From assembly GCA_016928155.1 (NCBI GenBank), contig JAFGLG010000005.1:128340-192339 (forward strand): a DNA stretch of 64,000 nucleotides. Reading direction: 5' to 3'. The stretch comes from Candidatus Woesearchaeota archaeon. GTDB lineage: Archaea; Nanobdellota; Nanobdellia; Woesearchaeales; JAFGLG01. Positions 41,411 through 51,153 of this stretch are shown here, piece by piece. The notes below the pieces were generated by a model that saw only the letters and a list, made by a program, of their open reading frames with translations, had not been told where the DNA came from and ran no database searches. A program made the position numbers and the translations under genes. The first letter of the stretch is position 1; each line of letters begins with the position of its first letter.

Positions 41411-41947
41411 TTACTGCAAAACCCTTACAGTCTTCTCATAAGCAAATGAGGCAATGCCCCCAAGGAAGCCTGTTATCACCTGGAGAATGCCCATTGCAGT
41501 CAAGAATATTATTGGGATTATATCTAGGCTGTAGAGGATGTAGGCTGATAAGAACAAGAATGCTGATTTAAGAAGCACTCCGACGAATAGACTGATCCAA
41601 TAAGATTTCCTGAGCTTCCTGAATGCCATGACAAGTAGGGTGTTGCCTATCCAGATGAAAGGAATCATGTAGAGCAGGAAGGGTGTGAAAGGCCCGAACA
41701 AGATGCCTCTTGACAAAACACCAAGAGAAGGCAGTAAGATTATCGGAAGAATCTTCCAGCCTTTGAGCTTCAGAGCATTGCTGATCAGGAAAGCATTGAC
41801 CAACAAACCGACAACAATCTGAGGATGGCCGATGAAAAGCGGGATGCAGAAGCCAAGCACTGAAAAAATAACAAGCTCTGCAATCTGATAAGTGTTTGAG
41901 AAATCAACCTCTTCAAGAGTCACCCATTTTTTTATGTAAGCATACAT
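41411..41947 (-). CDS. Integral membrane protein, possibly a substrate-specific component of an ECF-type vitamin transporter.
   Basis: About 5-6 predicted transmembrane helices in 178 aa. No soluble domain. Confidence 0.4.
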   Translation of the reverse strand: MYAYIKKWVTLEEVDFSNTYQIAELVIFSVLGFCIPLFIGHPQIVVGLLVNAFLISNALKLKGWKILPIILLPSLGVLSRGILFGPFTPFLLYMIPFIWIGNTLLVMAFRKLRKSYWISLFVGVLLKSAFLFLSAYILYSLDIIPIIFLTAMGILQVITGFLGGIASFAYEKTVRVLQ

Positions 41948-42179
41948 GCCTGTTCACAATACTTATTCATTTAAATATTTTCTGGAGCGTCCAATCTTTC
42001 GCCTTGCTCAAGATATCTCAAGAAAATATTAGGGAAATAACAAATTCGCCTGCGAATTTGGATAAGCAGGATATTAACCCCAATATTTTCCAGAATAAGC
42101 AGTCTTAAGGCAAAGAATCAAAAGAACCACAACAACCTTTATAAATAAAATACCCAATAGCAGAGCAAAGAGGTGGGTA

Positions 42180-42587
42180 ATGGACATCATCCTGGATGAA
42201 TTCTGGAAGATACAGGACAAAGAGGGCTATGTCTCAGAAGAGGCCATGAAAAAGCTCTCGAAAAAGACAGGGATCCCGATAGTGAAGCTATATGCTGCAG
42301 CCTCATTCTATTCATTCATCTACACAAAGCCCCAGGGAAAATATGTGATAAGGCTGTGCAACAGCCCATCATGCTATCTCAATGGAAGCCTTAACATAGC
42401 AGAATGGATTGAGAAAGAGCTTGGCATAAGATCAGGCGAGACCACAAAAGACAGACTCTTCTCATTCCACATAGGATCATGCATCGGATGCTGCAATGAA
42501 GCCCCAGCCATGATGATAAACGACAAGGTCTATGGAAATCTGACAGAGCAGAAAGTGAAGGGGATATTTGAAAAATGCAGAAAGTGA
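42180..42587 (+). CDS. NuoE/HydC-like thioredoxin-fold [2Fe-2S] subunit of a multimeric hydrogenase/NADH dehydrogenase.
   Basis: Cys pattern CNSPSC...GSCIGCCNEAP. TATA box and GAGGTGGG ribosome-binding site upstream. Confidence 0.8.
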   Translation: MDIILDEFWKIQDKEGYVSEEAMKKLSKKTGIPIVKLYAAASFYSFIYTKPQGKYVIRLCNSPSCYLNGSLNIAEWIEKELGIRSGETTKDRLFSFHIGSCIGCCNEAPAMMINDKVYGNLTEQKVKGIFEKCRK

Positions 42588-43690
42588 AAGTGATGCAGAT
42601 ACTGAAGAAAGCCGACGGCGCGCTCGAGAAAGCAAAACAGCTCGGACCTGAGAGAGTGATAGAGCTACTCAACAAGAAGGACCTCAGGGGAAGAGGAGGA
42701 GCAGGATTCCATACAGGCAAGAAATGGGAGATGGCAAGGAATGCGCCTGGCGAGAAAAAATATGCGGTCTGCAATTCTGATGAAGGAGAGCCAGGCTCAT
42801 TCAAGGACAAGTTCATATGGAACAATAATCCAGAAGCGGCCATCATAGGGCTCCAGACAGCTGCGTTCTGCATAGGGGCCCAAGAAGCGCTGATCTATCT
42901 GAGAGGAGAGTACAGATATCTCAAGAAGAATATTGAGAAGGCCATAACGAAGATAGGCGGAGTGCCAGTGAAGATCGTTGTCGGAGGAGGGGCATATGTG
43001 TGCGGAGAAGAGACAGCAATCCTTGAATCAATAGAAGGAAAAAGGGGCCAAGTCAGGAATAAGCCGCCATATCCAGTGACATATGGATTATTCGGGATGC
43101 CGACAGCAGTCAATAATGTAGAGACACTTGCAAATGTGCCACTTGCAGTGCTCTATGATGACTGGGATCCCAACCTGCGGCTTTTCTCATTATCAGGCAA
43201 TGTGACAAAGCCAGGAGTTTATGAACTGCATATGGGCAGCAAATTCTCAGATCTTTTGGATCAGGGAAAACCAAAAAACAGGATAAAGGCTGCATTCTTA
43301 GGATGCTCAGGAGGAGTCATACCCTATGATCCTGACATGAGACTGACACCAGAACAGGTATGTGATATGCGATGCAGGCTCGGATCAAGAAGCTTCATAG
43401 CAGCAGATGAGAAGCACTCAATAGTGGAGCTGGCTGCAAACATCGCAAAATTCTATGAATATGAGAGCTGCGGCAAATGCACTCCGTGCAGGGAAGGCAA
43501 CCACAGGATAGTCATGATACTTGAAAGTATGCTGGCGGGAAAAGGGAAGAGAGAGGACCTTGATACCCTGCAGGAGCTTGCAGAGGTCATAGAAGAGACA
43601 TCAAGCTGCGGGCTCGGGCAGACATCAACACAGCACCTGAAGACAGGGCTCCAGCATTTCAGGAAAGAATTCGAGGCATTGATAAAATGA
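42575..43690 (+). CDS. NuoF/HydB-like NADH- and FMN-binding subunit with a C-terminal [4Fe-4S] motif.
   Basis: RGRGGAGFHTGKKW FMN/NADH-site motif. ESCGKCTPCREG. Start overlaps the upstream gene. Confidence 0.8.
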   Translation: MQKVKVMQILKKADGALEKAKQLGPERVIELLNKKDLRGRGGAGFHTGKKWEMARNAPGEKKYAVCNSDEGEPGSFKDKFIWNNNPEAAIIGLQTAAFCIGAQEALIYLRGEYRYLKKNIEKAITKIGGVPVKIVVGGGAYVCGEETAILESIEGKRGQVRNKPPYPVTYGLFGMPTAVNNVETLANVPLAVLYDDWDPNLRLFSLSGNVTKPGVYELHMGSKFSDLLDQGKPKNRIKAAFLGCSGGVIPYDPDMRLTPEQVCDMRCRLGSRSFIAADEKHSIVELAANIAKFYEYESCGKCTPCREGNHRIVMILESMLAGKGKREDLDTLQELAEVIEETSSCGLGQTSTQHLKTGLQHFRKEFEALIK

Positions 43691-45357
43691 GAGTGAAAGT
43701 GGACGGCAAGGAGATGGAATTCGATGCACAAAAGAGCCTCCTGATAAATCTTAGAGCAAAAGGATTCTCAATACCATCGATGTGCTACCAGGAAGGGCTT
43801 GAAGCAGAAGCAAGATGCAGGCTCTGTGTCGTCGAGATAAAGGGAAAGCTGAAGACAAGCTGCTCGACATACCCGGAAGAGGGCATGGAGATCCTGACCA
43901 GTTCAGACAAAGTCAAGAGGGCGAGAAGGGTCAATGCAGAGCTGCTCTTTGCAGAGCACAGGAAATGCACCAATGTAGCCGGCCATGATAATGTATGCCA
44001 GATGATCGACGGCATAGAAAATATCGGCTCCAGATTCGAACCGAGAAAATCATATGAATCAGAGCTGGGGAATGCTGTGATAAGGGACAACAACCTCTGC
44101 ATAAACTGCGGGAGATGCGTGCAGGTATGCGCAAAAGTCCAGGCGACATATGCCATAGATTTTGCAAAACGCGGCCATCATGAGCATGTCACGCCCTATT
44201 TCGAGCATAATCTCGCTGATGTGGCATGCACAAAATGCGGGCAGTGCATAGCAGCATGCCCTGTCGGAGCCATATCAGAAAGGGAGCACATCCCTGAAGT
44301 CCTCAGGGCGCTCAAGGACAAGAAAAAGACAGTGATCGCACAGACCGCACCTTCAATCAGGGCATCGCTTGGCGAGGAATTCGGCATGGAGCCAGGAACA
44401 CTTGTGAAAGGGAAGATGGTGGCTGCATTACACAGATGCGGATTCGACAAGGTATTTGACACAGACCTCGGGGCAGACATCACAATAATGGAAGAGGCAT
44501 CTGAGTTCCTTGAAAGAGCGAAGAAAGGAGGGCCATTCCCGATGATAACGACGTGCTGCCCTGCATGGATAAAATGCATGGAGCATTTCTATCATGAGCT
44601 CATACCCAACATGAGCACATGCAAGAGCCCGCACACAATGCTTGGGATACTGATAAAGAAATACTATGCAAAGAAAGAGGAGATACCTGAGAAGGACATT
44701 GTTGTGGTGAGCATAATGCCATGCACAGCAAAGAAATTCGAGTCAACAAGGCCTGAGCTCTCAGGGGATGTGGATTATGTGCTCACAACACGCGAGACTG
44801 CAAAGCTCATCAGGCTTCACAATATCGACTTCAGGAACCTGCCGGATGAAGAATTTGATCCTGCGCTCGGGATATCCACAGGGGCAGGAGTGATATTCGG
44901 GGCTACAGGGGGAGTCATGGAGGCTGCGCTCAGGACAGCATATGAATTAGGGACAGGAAAAAGCCTGACAAAGACAGAATTCGAACAGATAAGAGGCATG
45001 GAAGGCATCAAAGACGGAAGCATAATCATAAACGGTAATGAATACAGGTTTGCAGTGGCCAACGGACTGGCACATGCGCGTGAGCTCATCAAGAAAAAGG
45101 ATGATTATCATTTCATAGAGATAATGGCATGCCCCGGAGGATGCATAGGGGGAGGAGGACAGCCTCTGCCTGTGGATCAAGAGATACTGAAGAAAAGGAT
45201 GAATGCATTATACCAAGAGGATGCCCTGCTCCCATTGAGGAAATCCCACGAAAATCCTATTGTCAAACAGATATATGCAGAATTCCTGGATCATCCTCTC
45301 AGCAAGAAGGCAGAGAAGCTATTGCACACAAGATACACAAAAAGAAGCCAGTTCTGA
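43687..45357 (+). CDS. hydA: [FeFe]-hydrogenase catalytic subunit (HydA), with an N-terminal [2Fe-2S] ferredoxin-like domain and two [4Fe-4S] ferredoxin motifs.
   Basis: All three H-cluster signatures are present: TTCCPAWIKCME (L1), IMPCTAKKFE (L2), EIMACPGGCIGGGGQP (L3). Also CINCGRCVQVC and CTKCGQCIAACP. Confidence 0.85.
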   Translation: MRVKVDGKEMEFDAQKSLLINLRAKGFSIPSMCYQEGLEAEARCRLCVVEIKGKLKTSCSTYPEEGMEILTSSDKVKRARRVNAELLFAEHRKCTNVAGHDNVCQMIDGIENIGSRFEPRKSYESELGNAVIRDNNLCINCGRCVQVCAKVQATYAIDFAKRGHHEHVTPYFEHNLADVACTKCGQCIAACPVGAISEREHIPEVLRALKDKKKTVIAQTAPSIRASLGEEFGMEPGTLVKGKMVAALHRCGFDKVFDTDLGADITIMEEASEFLERAKKGGPFPMITTCCPAWIKCMEHFYHELIPNMSTCKSPHTMLGILIKKYYAKKEEIPEKDIVVVSIMPCTAKKFESTRPELSGDVDYVLTTRETAKLIRLHNIDFRNLPDEEFDPALGISTGAGVIFGATGGVMEAALRTAYELGTGKSLTKTEFEQIRGMEGIKDGSIIINGNEYRFAVANGLAHARELIKKKDDYHFIEIMACPGGCIGGGGQPLPVDQEILKKRMNALYQEDALLPLRKSHENPIVKQIYAEFLDHPLSKKAEKLLHTRYTKRSQF

Positions 45358-45524
45358 TCATTTCTGATTTCCGAAAAAAAATTGAGAAAATAGGTTATTT
45401 AGAACAGATTTCCGTCGCTGATCAGATATTATCCGATTTCTCTGCAATATTATCATGAATCCTTGAAAAATCTTTTTTTAGCCTCAGATCAAATAGATTA
45501 ACATAACCAACCCGAGGTGGGAAA

Positions 45525-45929
45525 ATGAGCTACAAAAAAAGAGGATTCACAAGCTTTCTTGGAAAAGCTGTGCTTGGTGCAGCGATATTCTATATAGGGC
45601 ACTTTTCAGGAAGCAGTGAGATGAGGCAGTTCAAAAATGATATCCAGCAGGATGTCAGTGCAGTAAGCAGGTATATGCCGCCTGCACAGCAGAGAAATTA
45701 TGTCGACGACTATGTATCTGGATTGACACCTAATGAGAGAGTGAAAACAATCTCAGGATACATACAGGAGATGCCTGACAGGGAACAGGAGATGCTGGCA
45801 TTCAGGATGTACAATTCCCTGTCTGATCCTGCAAAGAGCCAGCTAAACCATATCATCGAAGGGGCTAACCCCCCAGACAGGTATGACAAGGCAGCAGGAT
45901 TCATCAGGGAACTTGTGGGACAGTTCTGA
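45525..45929 (+). CDS. Small membrane-anchored hypothetical protein (N-terminal transmembrane segment); first gene of a four-gene operon.
   Basis: GAGGTGGG ribosome-binding site. Hydrophobic N-terminus (FLGKAVLGAAIFYIGHF). Confidence 0.45.
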   Translation: MSYKKRGFTSFLGKAVLGAAIFYIGHFSGSSEMRQFKNDIQQDVSAVSRYMPPAQQRNYVDDYVSGLTPNERVKTISGYIQEMPDREQEMLAFRMYNSLSDPAKSQLNHIIEGANPPDRYDKAAGFIRELVGQF

Positions 45930-45938
45930 GGTGACAAG

Positions 45939-46931
45939 ATGGAATACCAATCATCATTTGTCAGGCAGAAGATGGAATCAAAAGATAATGGATACGACAT
46001 CCTCCATGCAGAGAACCAGGCACCGATGACATCGGCAACCTCATTCCTGGAGAAGAACCACCCGATATTCGAGGAATCCATGAGGGTGCTTCAGGAATGC
46101 CAGAGAGAATATGACCGTGTGGCAAATGAGTACGGAGGAATCGCCGGCAAGGTGATGATAGCACTGAACCTCACAACACCGAAAAAGAGGCTTGAGAAGA
46201 GGGTTGCGAACCTAGAGTTCAACATCAGTGTCCTCGAGGAGATAGTGACGCATTCAGAGCAGTCCATAAAAGATCTGCATGGGCACTACATGTCAAGCTC
46301 AAGGGCCAAGATCGTGGCAGGCAGGAGCATGCAGGGCTATGAAAAGGTCGGCAAGGACATCGAAGAGCAGGCCGCACTCCTCATTGAGGATTACAACAGG
46401 TGCGATGATGAGGCCCTGAAGCTAGAGATAGAGAATGAGCTGTTCAGCCTTGAGCAGGACAGGCAAAGGGTGAAAGGGGAGCAGGAAGAATGCGCTGCGG
46501 AGATAATATTCCTCGACAATGCACTTGGCTCGCTCAACAAGTACAAGTCAGCAATGGGAAGCCTGACAAAGACAGCGAGGGCAGCGCTCAACTCAGGCAG
46601 GCTAATCAAGCGTGAGGTGGAATCATCACTGCCGTATGTTGTCAAGGGGCAGGAGACACTCAGCGCAATACAGGACATCTACCAGAACATACAGGCGCTC
46701 AAGACTGACCTGAGCAGGATATATGAAGTGAACCTCCGGAGCGTCGCTGAAGTGACAAAATATCACCTTGACCCATCGACAGCAAGGCTCGTGGATCCGG
46801 GGAAGACAAAAGCAGACGACTACAGCTCAAAAATAAAGGACAATATGGCAAAAGGGAGGGACACGCTGATCGATCAGGCAATGAAGATCATCGATAGGGA
46901 CAGGAACAAGAAGAAGGGAAAAGATGCTTGA
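45939..46931 (+). CDS. Coiled-coil hypothetical protein of 330 aa.
   Basis: Heptad-rich, charged. Stop overlaps the start of the AAA ATPase gene. Confidence 0.45.
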   Translation: MEYQSSFVRQKMESKDNGYDILHAENQAPMTSATSFLEKNHPIFEESMRVLQECQREYDRVANEYGGIAGKVMIALNLTTPKKRLEKRVANLEFNISVLEEIVTHSEQSIKDLHGHYMSSSRAKIVAGRSMQGYEKVGKDIEEQAALLIEDYNRCDDEALKLEIENELFSLEQDRQRVKGEQEECAAEIIFLDNALGSLNKYKSAMGSLTKTARAALNSGRLIKREVESSLPYVVKGQETLSAIQDIYQNIQALKTDLSRIYEVNLRSVAEVTKYHLDPSTARLVDPGKTKADDYSSKIKDNMAKGRDTLIDQAMKIIDRDRNKKKGKDA

Positions 46932-48327
46932 GCTAAGGATAAGTGAAGAGGAGATATCACAGGCCACAGAGAAGGCATGCGAGAGGCTGAACAATACAAT
47001 ATACAGCTTCAGGAGCTTCTTCAATAACCTCTACAGCAACAGGATGAGACAGGATGGGCTTGAGTCAATAATAAGGTTTGAGCGATTCCTGGGCATGCAG
47101 GGATGCATAAAAGAAAGATGCAGAAGGGCCCTCAGGATAGACCTTAACAGGGAGCTCACGATAGAGGAAGACCATCATCTGAACCTGTATTCCCTCATGA
47201 GATCAGCAGAAAGGTCCCTTAAAGAGCGCCATGACGCAGACCCAGAGACATGCGAGCTCTCATTCGATTATCAGGCAGGGGAATACAGCCTCATAGATTC
47301 AATAATCAGGGGCTACATGAACGGAGCCAGAAGAAGACCAGACAGCATGCCGCAATACACAGATGATTTCCTGACAAGGATACTGGATGAGACATCGATG
47401 CTGACAAAAAAGACCGGCAGAGAGAAGATCAGGATCTCATTCAATGGCGACAAGAAAAAGGCATCAAACATCAGGCACAAGGACTATTCTGAGATCATAG
47501 GCGCGGAAGAGGCAGTGCACACACTGAGATATACAATAAGCAGGCTGTGCTGCTATGACCCTGAGCAGCAGAAGAACATCTATTCAGGCTCACTGCCAAA
47601 GTCAATCCTCCTGTACGGACCTCCCGGCTCAGGGAAGACAAGCCTGATAGATGCATCAATAGGGTATGCGCAGATGCTCTGCGACATGAAAGGCATGCCC
47701 TTCAATCCCGGTGTCATAGACAACTCCCTGAAATCCATGTGGATGGGGAAATCAGTGGAGAACATCAGGAGGATGATCGAGGATGCCAGATCACCTGACG
47801 GGGCAGGCCTCATAATCATCGATGACTTCGACATGGTGCTGAACAGCAGGCAGAGCAAGGAACAGAATTTCGGCGAGGTCCAGGTGCTGCATGAGCTTCT
47901 CAACCAGATATCAGGATACGGGCACAATAATGATGGGAATCATATCTATCTGCTGACGAGCAACATGCCTGGCGCTGCAGATACAGCCCTGTTCGACAGG
48001 ATAGAAGAGAAGATCCCGGTTAGAGGATGCTGCACCCAGGAAGATTTCAAAGAGCTCCTGAATAAAGAGCTGGGCACATACAGGGATCATGCTGATGATG
48101 GAGTGATCGAGAAGCTATCATCAGACCTCGGGAGGATGGGTGCATCAGGAAGGACAGCAACAAGGATGGCCAGATCAATGATAAGATACATCGACCACAG
48201 GATACCTGGACCAGAGTTCATCTGCGCGCCATATCATATCCAGGCCGGACAGAACAACGGATACAGGAGATTCAGCATGAAAGAATTGGGGATCCTGGAC
48301 CAGCCTGAGGTCAGATCATATGTATAA
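46924..48327 (+). CDS. Classic-clade AAA+ ATPase with an N-terminal domain of about 230 aa of unknown function.
   Basis: Walker A LLYGPPGSGKTSL. Walker B LIIIDDFD. Second region of homology LLTSNMPGAADTALFDRIEE. Confidence 0.75.
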   Translation: MLELRISEEEISQATEKACERLNNTIYSFRSFFNNLYSNRMRQDGLESIIRFERFLGMQGCIKERCRRALRIDLNRELTIEEDHHLNLYSLMRSAERSLKERHDADPETCELSFDYQAGEYSLIDSIIRGYMNGARRRPDSMPQYTDDFLTRILDETSMLTKKTGREKIRISFNGDKKKASNIRHKDYSEIIGAEEAVHTLRYTISRLCCYDPEQQKNIYSGSLPKSILLYGPPGSGKTSLIDASIGYAQMLCDMKGMPFNPGVIDNSLKSMWMGKSVENIRRMIEDARSPDGAGLIIIDDFDMVLNSRQSKEQNFGEVQVLHELLNQISGYGHNNDGNHIYLLTSNMPGAADTALFDRIEEKIPVRGCCTQEDFKELLNKELGTYRDHADDGVIEKLSSDLGRMGASGRTATRMARSMIRYIDHRIPGPEFICAPYHIQAGQNNGYRRFSMKELGILDQPEVRSYV

Positions 48328-49732
48328 ATCAGGCTTTGTGAAGAGGTGGGAGCAGAGGAGAGAAGAGTTCAGGAAAGAGCTTGAGAATCTTGTTCTCGAA
48401 GATTATGAGACCAAGCTGAGCAGGTTCTCCGGGGAGATGGACCTGGAGAAGGCTAGAGAGGCACTCGGGAAGCAGGCAGGATTCGATGAGATAAGAAGAT
48501 ATGACCAAGAGGCATATGTATTCCAGGAAAGCCTTGACGCAGGACTTTATCCCAAGGCGCAGAGGCTCCATTCGATGAACGCCCATACCCTCAGAGTGCA
48601 ATCATCAGCAAGGGAATATATTTCAGCAATATTCAGCCAGACCACCTCTGAATTCAGGAAAACAAAGAAAGAGCCCCTGAATATCCACAAACTTGAATCA
48701 TGCTACAACCAGATGCAGGAGATTGCAGGCATACTGGGCAATGAAGGAAGATTCTCTGGTGAGCTTGACACTGCAGAGGCCGGATTGAAGAGAGTCTACA
48801 GGAGAATAGCTGCCAATGATCCAAAAAAAAGGAAGGTGAGAAAAATGAGAAGAGCTGCTGCAACACTGGCATTGATCGCATGCCTTGCCGGCGCCGGCTA
48901 TGCGAAAAAGGAGCATATCCAGTCGTGGATAAACCCAAAGATAAGCTCATATTATCTGAAACAGAGCAAGGAAAGCGCCGGCCTTGAGAGGAAGCTTGAG
49001 CTCAGCTACAAAGCACTCGAGAGGGACGAAAGCCCTGAAGCTCTTGCTTTCCATAATGAGGCATATGAACGCTACATGATGAAGCACGGCCAGAAAGAGG
49101 GGAAACCTGGGATGGAAAGCATGCTTAATACACTGAGAGCCCACAAAAGAGCAGCTGAAAAACCCCAGCCTTTCTCTGCGATCGAGCATATCATACAGGG
49201 CATATACGCACAGGACACGCAGGCCGGCATGCACCATTACAGTGAGGCCATAAAGCATGACAGGCATCTGCTCGTGCCATATTTCAGGATGGCAAAAATC
49301 TATTCAGACATGGATGAGAAGGAGAACATGCTCAGGATGATGGAATCTGCACACAGGATAGCCCCTGACAACATGAGGATCTGTCAGGAATACGGGTGGA
49401 GCCTCTTTGTCAACAGGCAGTACTTTGATGCCGCAGATGCACTGTCAGGGGCTGTAGATGACAAGAGCGGGGCAGACTTCCACGGGGCGCTGGGGACCTC
49501 CCTGGCATACACAGGCAGGGCTGAGCAGGGCATGAAGCATCTGCAGATTGCCGTCGACAAAGACCAAAAAAATGCTGCCTGGCAGACCCAACTCGGAGCA
49601 CTCCACTACAGGCAGGGAGATCTTGCCAGGGCGAGGACCCACCTATACATTGCATACAGGAACGGCGGCGACCAGGAACTTATCAGGATCATAGAAAAGA
49701 TTGATTCTCGTCTACAAGAACACAAAAAATGA
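48320..49732 (+). CDS. TPR-repeat protein with a central transmembrane segment.
   Basis: Transmembrane helix AAATLALIACLAGAGYA near aa 175. TPR-like helical repeats in the C-terminal half. Overlaps the upstream gene by 8 nt. Confidence 0.55.
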   Translation: MYKSGFVKRWEQRREEFRKELENLVLEDYETKLSRFSGEMDLEKAREALGKQAGFDEIRRYDQEAYVFQESLDAGLYPKAQRLHSMNAHTLRVQSSAREYISAIFSQTTSEFRKTKKEPLNIHKLESCYNQMQEIAGILGNEGRFSGELDTAEAGLKRVYRRIAANDPKKRKVRKMRRAAATLALIACLAGAGYAKKEHIQSWINPKISSYYLKQSKESAGLERKLELSYKALERDESPEALAFHNEAYERYMMKHGQKEGKPGMESMLNTLRAHKRAAEKPQPFSAIEHIIQGIYAQDTQAGMHHYSEAIKHDRHLLVPYFRMAKIYSDMDEKENMLRMMESAHRIAPDNMRICQEYGWSLFVNRQYFDAADALSGAVDDKSGADFHGALGTSLAYTGRAEQGMKHLQIAVDKDQKNAAWQTQLGALHYRQGDLARARTHLYIAYRNGGDQELIRIIEKIDSRLQEHKK

Positions 49733-49837
49733 CGGATTCTCGAGGGAGAAACCGGAAAAAAGCAAAAAATATTTAAATACCGACGGTTTTGTGACCTTCA
49801 TCCGGCGAGAGCCGGAAATAAAAAGAGGTGAGCCTAA

Positions 49838-50008
49838 ATGGCAGTTAAAGTTGCAAAAGTCGGTATTAAGAGGAAACCGGGCTACCTGTATTTCATCGAC
49901 AAGCAGGGAGATGTCTCCATGGCTAAGATGAACAGGGGCGGCAAGAAAAAGAAGAAAGCCGTGAAGAAGAAAGCAACCAAGAAGAAGGCAAAGAAAAAGA
50001 AGAAGTAA
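49838..50008 (+). CDS. Small Lys-rich basic protein (56 aa); possible nucleic-acid-binding protein.
   Basis: AGAGGTGA ribosome-binding site. MAVKVAKVGIKRKPGYLYFIDKQGDVSMAKMNRGG followed by a 20-aa poly-Lys tail. Below the ORF-track length cutoff. Confidence 0.4.
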   Translation: MAVKVAKVGIKRKPGYLYFIDKQGDVSMAKMNRGGKKKKKAVKKKATKKKAKKKKK

Positions 50009-50018
50009 TTGCCTTTTT

Positions 50019-50741
50019 TTATTTTTTTTCTAAATTCTGCTTAAGAATCTCAAGCGCCCTGACAGCAGTCTCTTCAGGCCTTATCGACGTAGTGTCTATA
50101 TAAAACACCTTGGTGCCGGCCTTCTCAAACAGGTCCTTAATCCAGAGAGACTGATACCTCTTCTTTATCATCGCCTGGAAATCCAGATTCTCGAATATGG
50201 CCTTGTCCTGCTTCTTCCTCACACCGATCCTCCCAACCACAACATCAGGCTCGGCAACCAGGATAATGAGTATATCAGGCGGATTCTTCAAGGCCAGCTT
50301 GTTCCCCGGGAGCTTGAGGATATCCTGCATATCCATGCCATCACCCTGGACCGGCTGGTACACAAGGCTGGACGGCAGGCCCCGCTCCTGTATTATCATC
50401 TTGCCGGCCTGCAAAGCAGGGATCACCATGCAATTATACAGCATCTCCCTGTCCAGAGAGAAAGCCATGGCAGTCGATAATGCACCATAATCCCTGGAGT
50501 TCCTGCGTACGATCTCATCGCGGATCGCCTTGCCCACCATAGCAAAGGTCGGCTCAGCTGAAACAATGACATCATAAGTGATGAAATCATCCTTCAGGGG
50601 GATGCGTGAATTCCTCGACTCAAATTCCCTGGCATCAAAGACAGCATTGCCACGCTCTTTGAAGAAATCCTTGATAGAATCCAGAATCAATCCCTTGCCT
50701 GCAAGATCCATGCCTTCAATCATCACAAAAATAGCCATCAC
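50019..50741 (-). CDS. tmk: Thymidylate (dTMP) kinase.
   Basis: P-loop IEGMDLAGKG. SAEPT, DR..S..YQ, and LID-region R...R patterns. Confidence 0.65.
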   Translation of the reverse strand: MMAIFVMIEGMDLAGKGLILDSIKDFFKERGNAVFDAREFESRNSRIPLKDDFITYDVIVSAEPTFAMVGKAIRDEIVRRNSRDYGALSTAMAFSLDREMLYNCMVIPALQAGKMIIQERGLPSSLVYQPVQGDGMDMQDILKLPGNKLALKNPPDILIILVAEPDVVVGRIGVRKKQDKAIFENLDFQAMIKKRYQSLWIKDLFEKAGTKVFYIDTTSIRPEETAVRALEILKQNLEKK

Positions 50742-50831
50742 CTCTCATACTGATTCCTAAGCTGAATTTTATAAATCTTTTCAAAAGAAGGCAAGAAAAC
50801 ATTTAAATACATAATACACCAAGATAGTCTC

Positions 50832-50981
50832 ATGAAATACAGATGCATGGCCTGCAATTACAGATTTGAATGGAAAAGGGAGAAAAAGCCTGAAAGGTGC
50901 CCTTACTGCGCAAAAAGAGCTGAGCTCAAGATAGAGATGTCCTCAGCAGACATGGTCAGAGATGTGGATGACATCGCATAA
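50832..50981 (+). CDS. Small zinc-ribbon protein of 49 aa.
   Basis: CMAC...CPYC four-Cys arrangement. Below the ORF-track length cutoff. Confidence 0.35.
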   Translation: MKYRCMACNYRFEWKREKKPERCPYCAKRAELKIEMSSADMVRDVDDIA

Positions 50982-51153
50982 ATGAGTATCCGGCTTCATT
51001 CTTTCAGCCTAATATTCATTTATTGATCCAAGCATTCATTTATTAATCCAAGCCAGCAATAAGATCAAGTGTACAATCCTGCAAATATTACCCCCTCATA
51101 TCACATCATATAAAAACAAAATCTTTATATACCCACATCGGGCTTTAGAAGAC

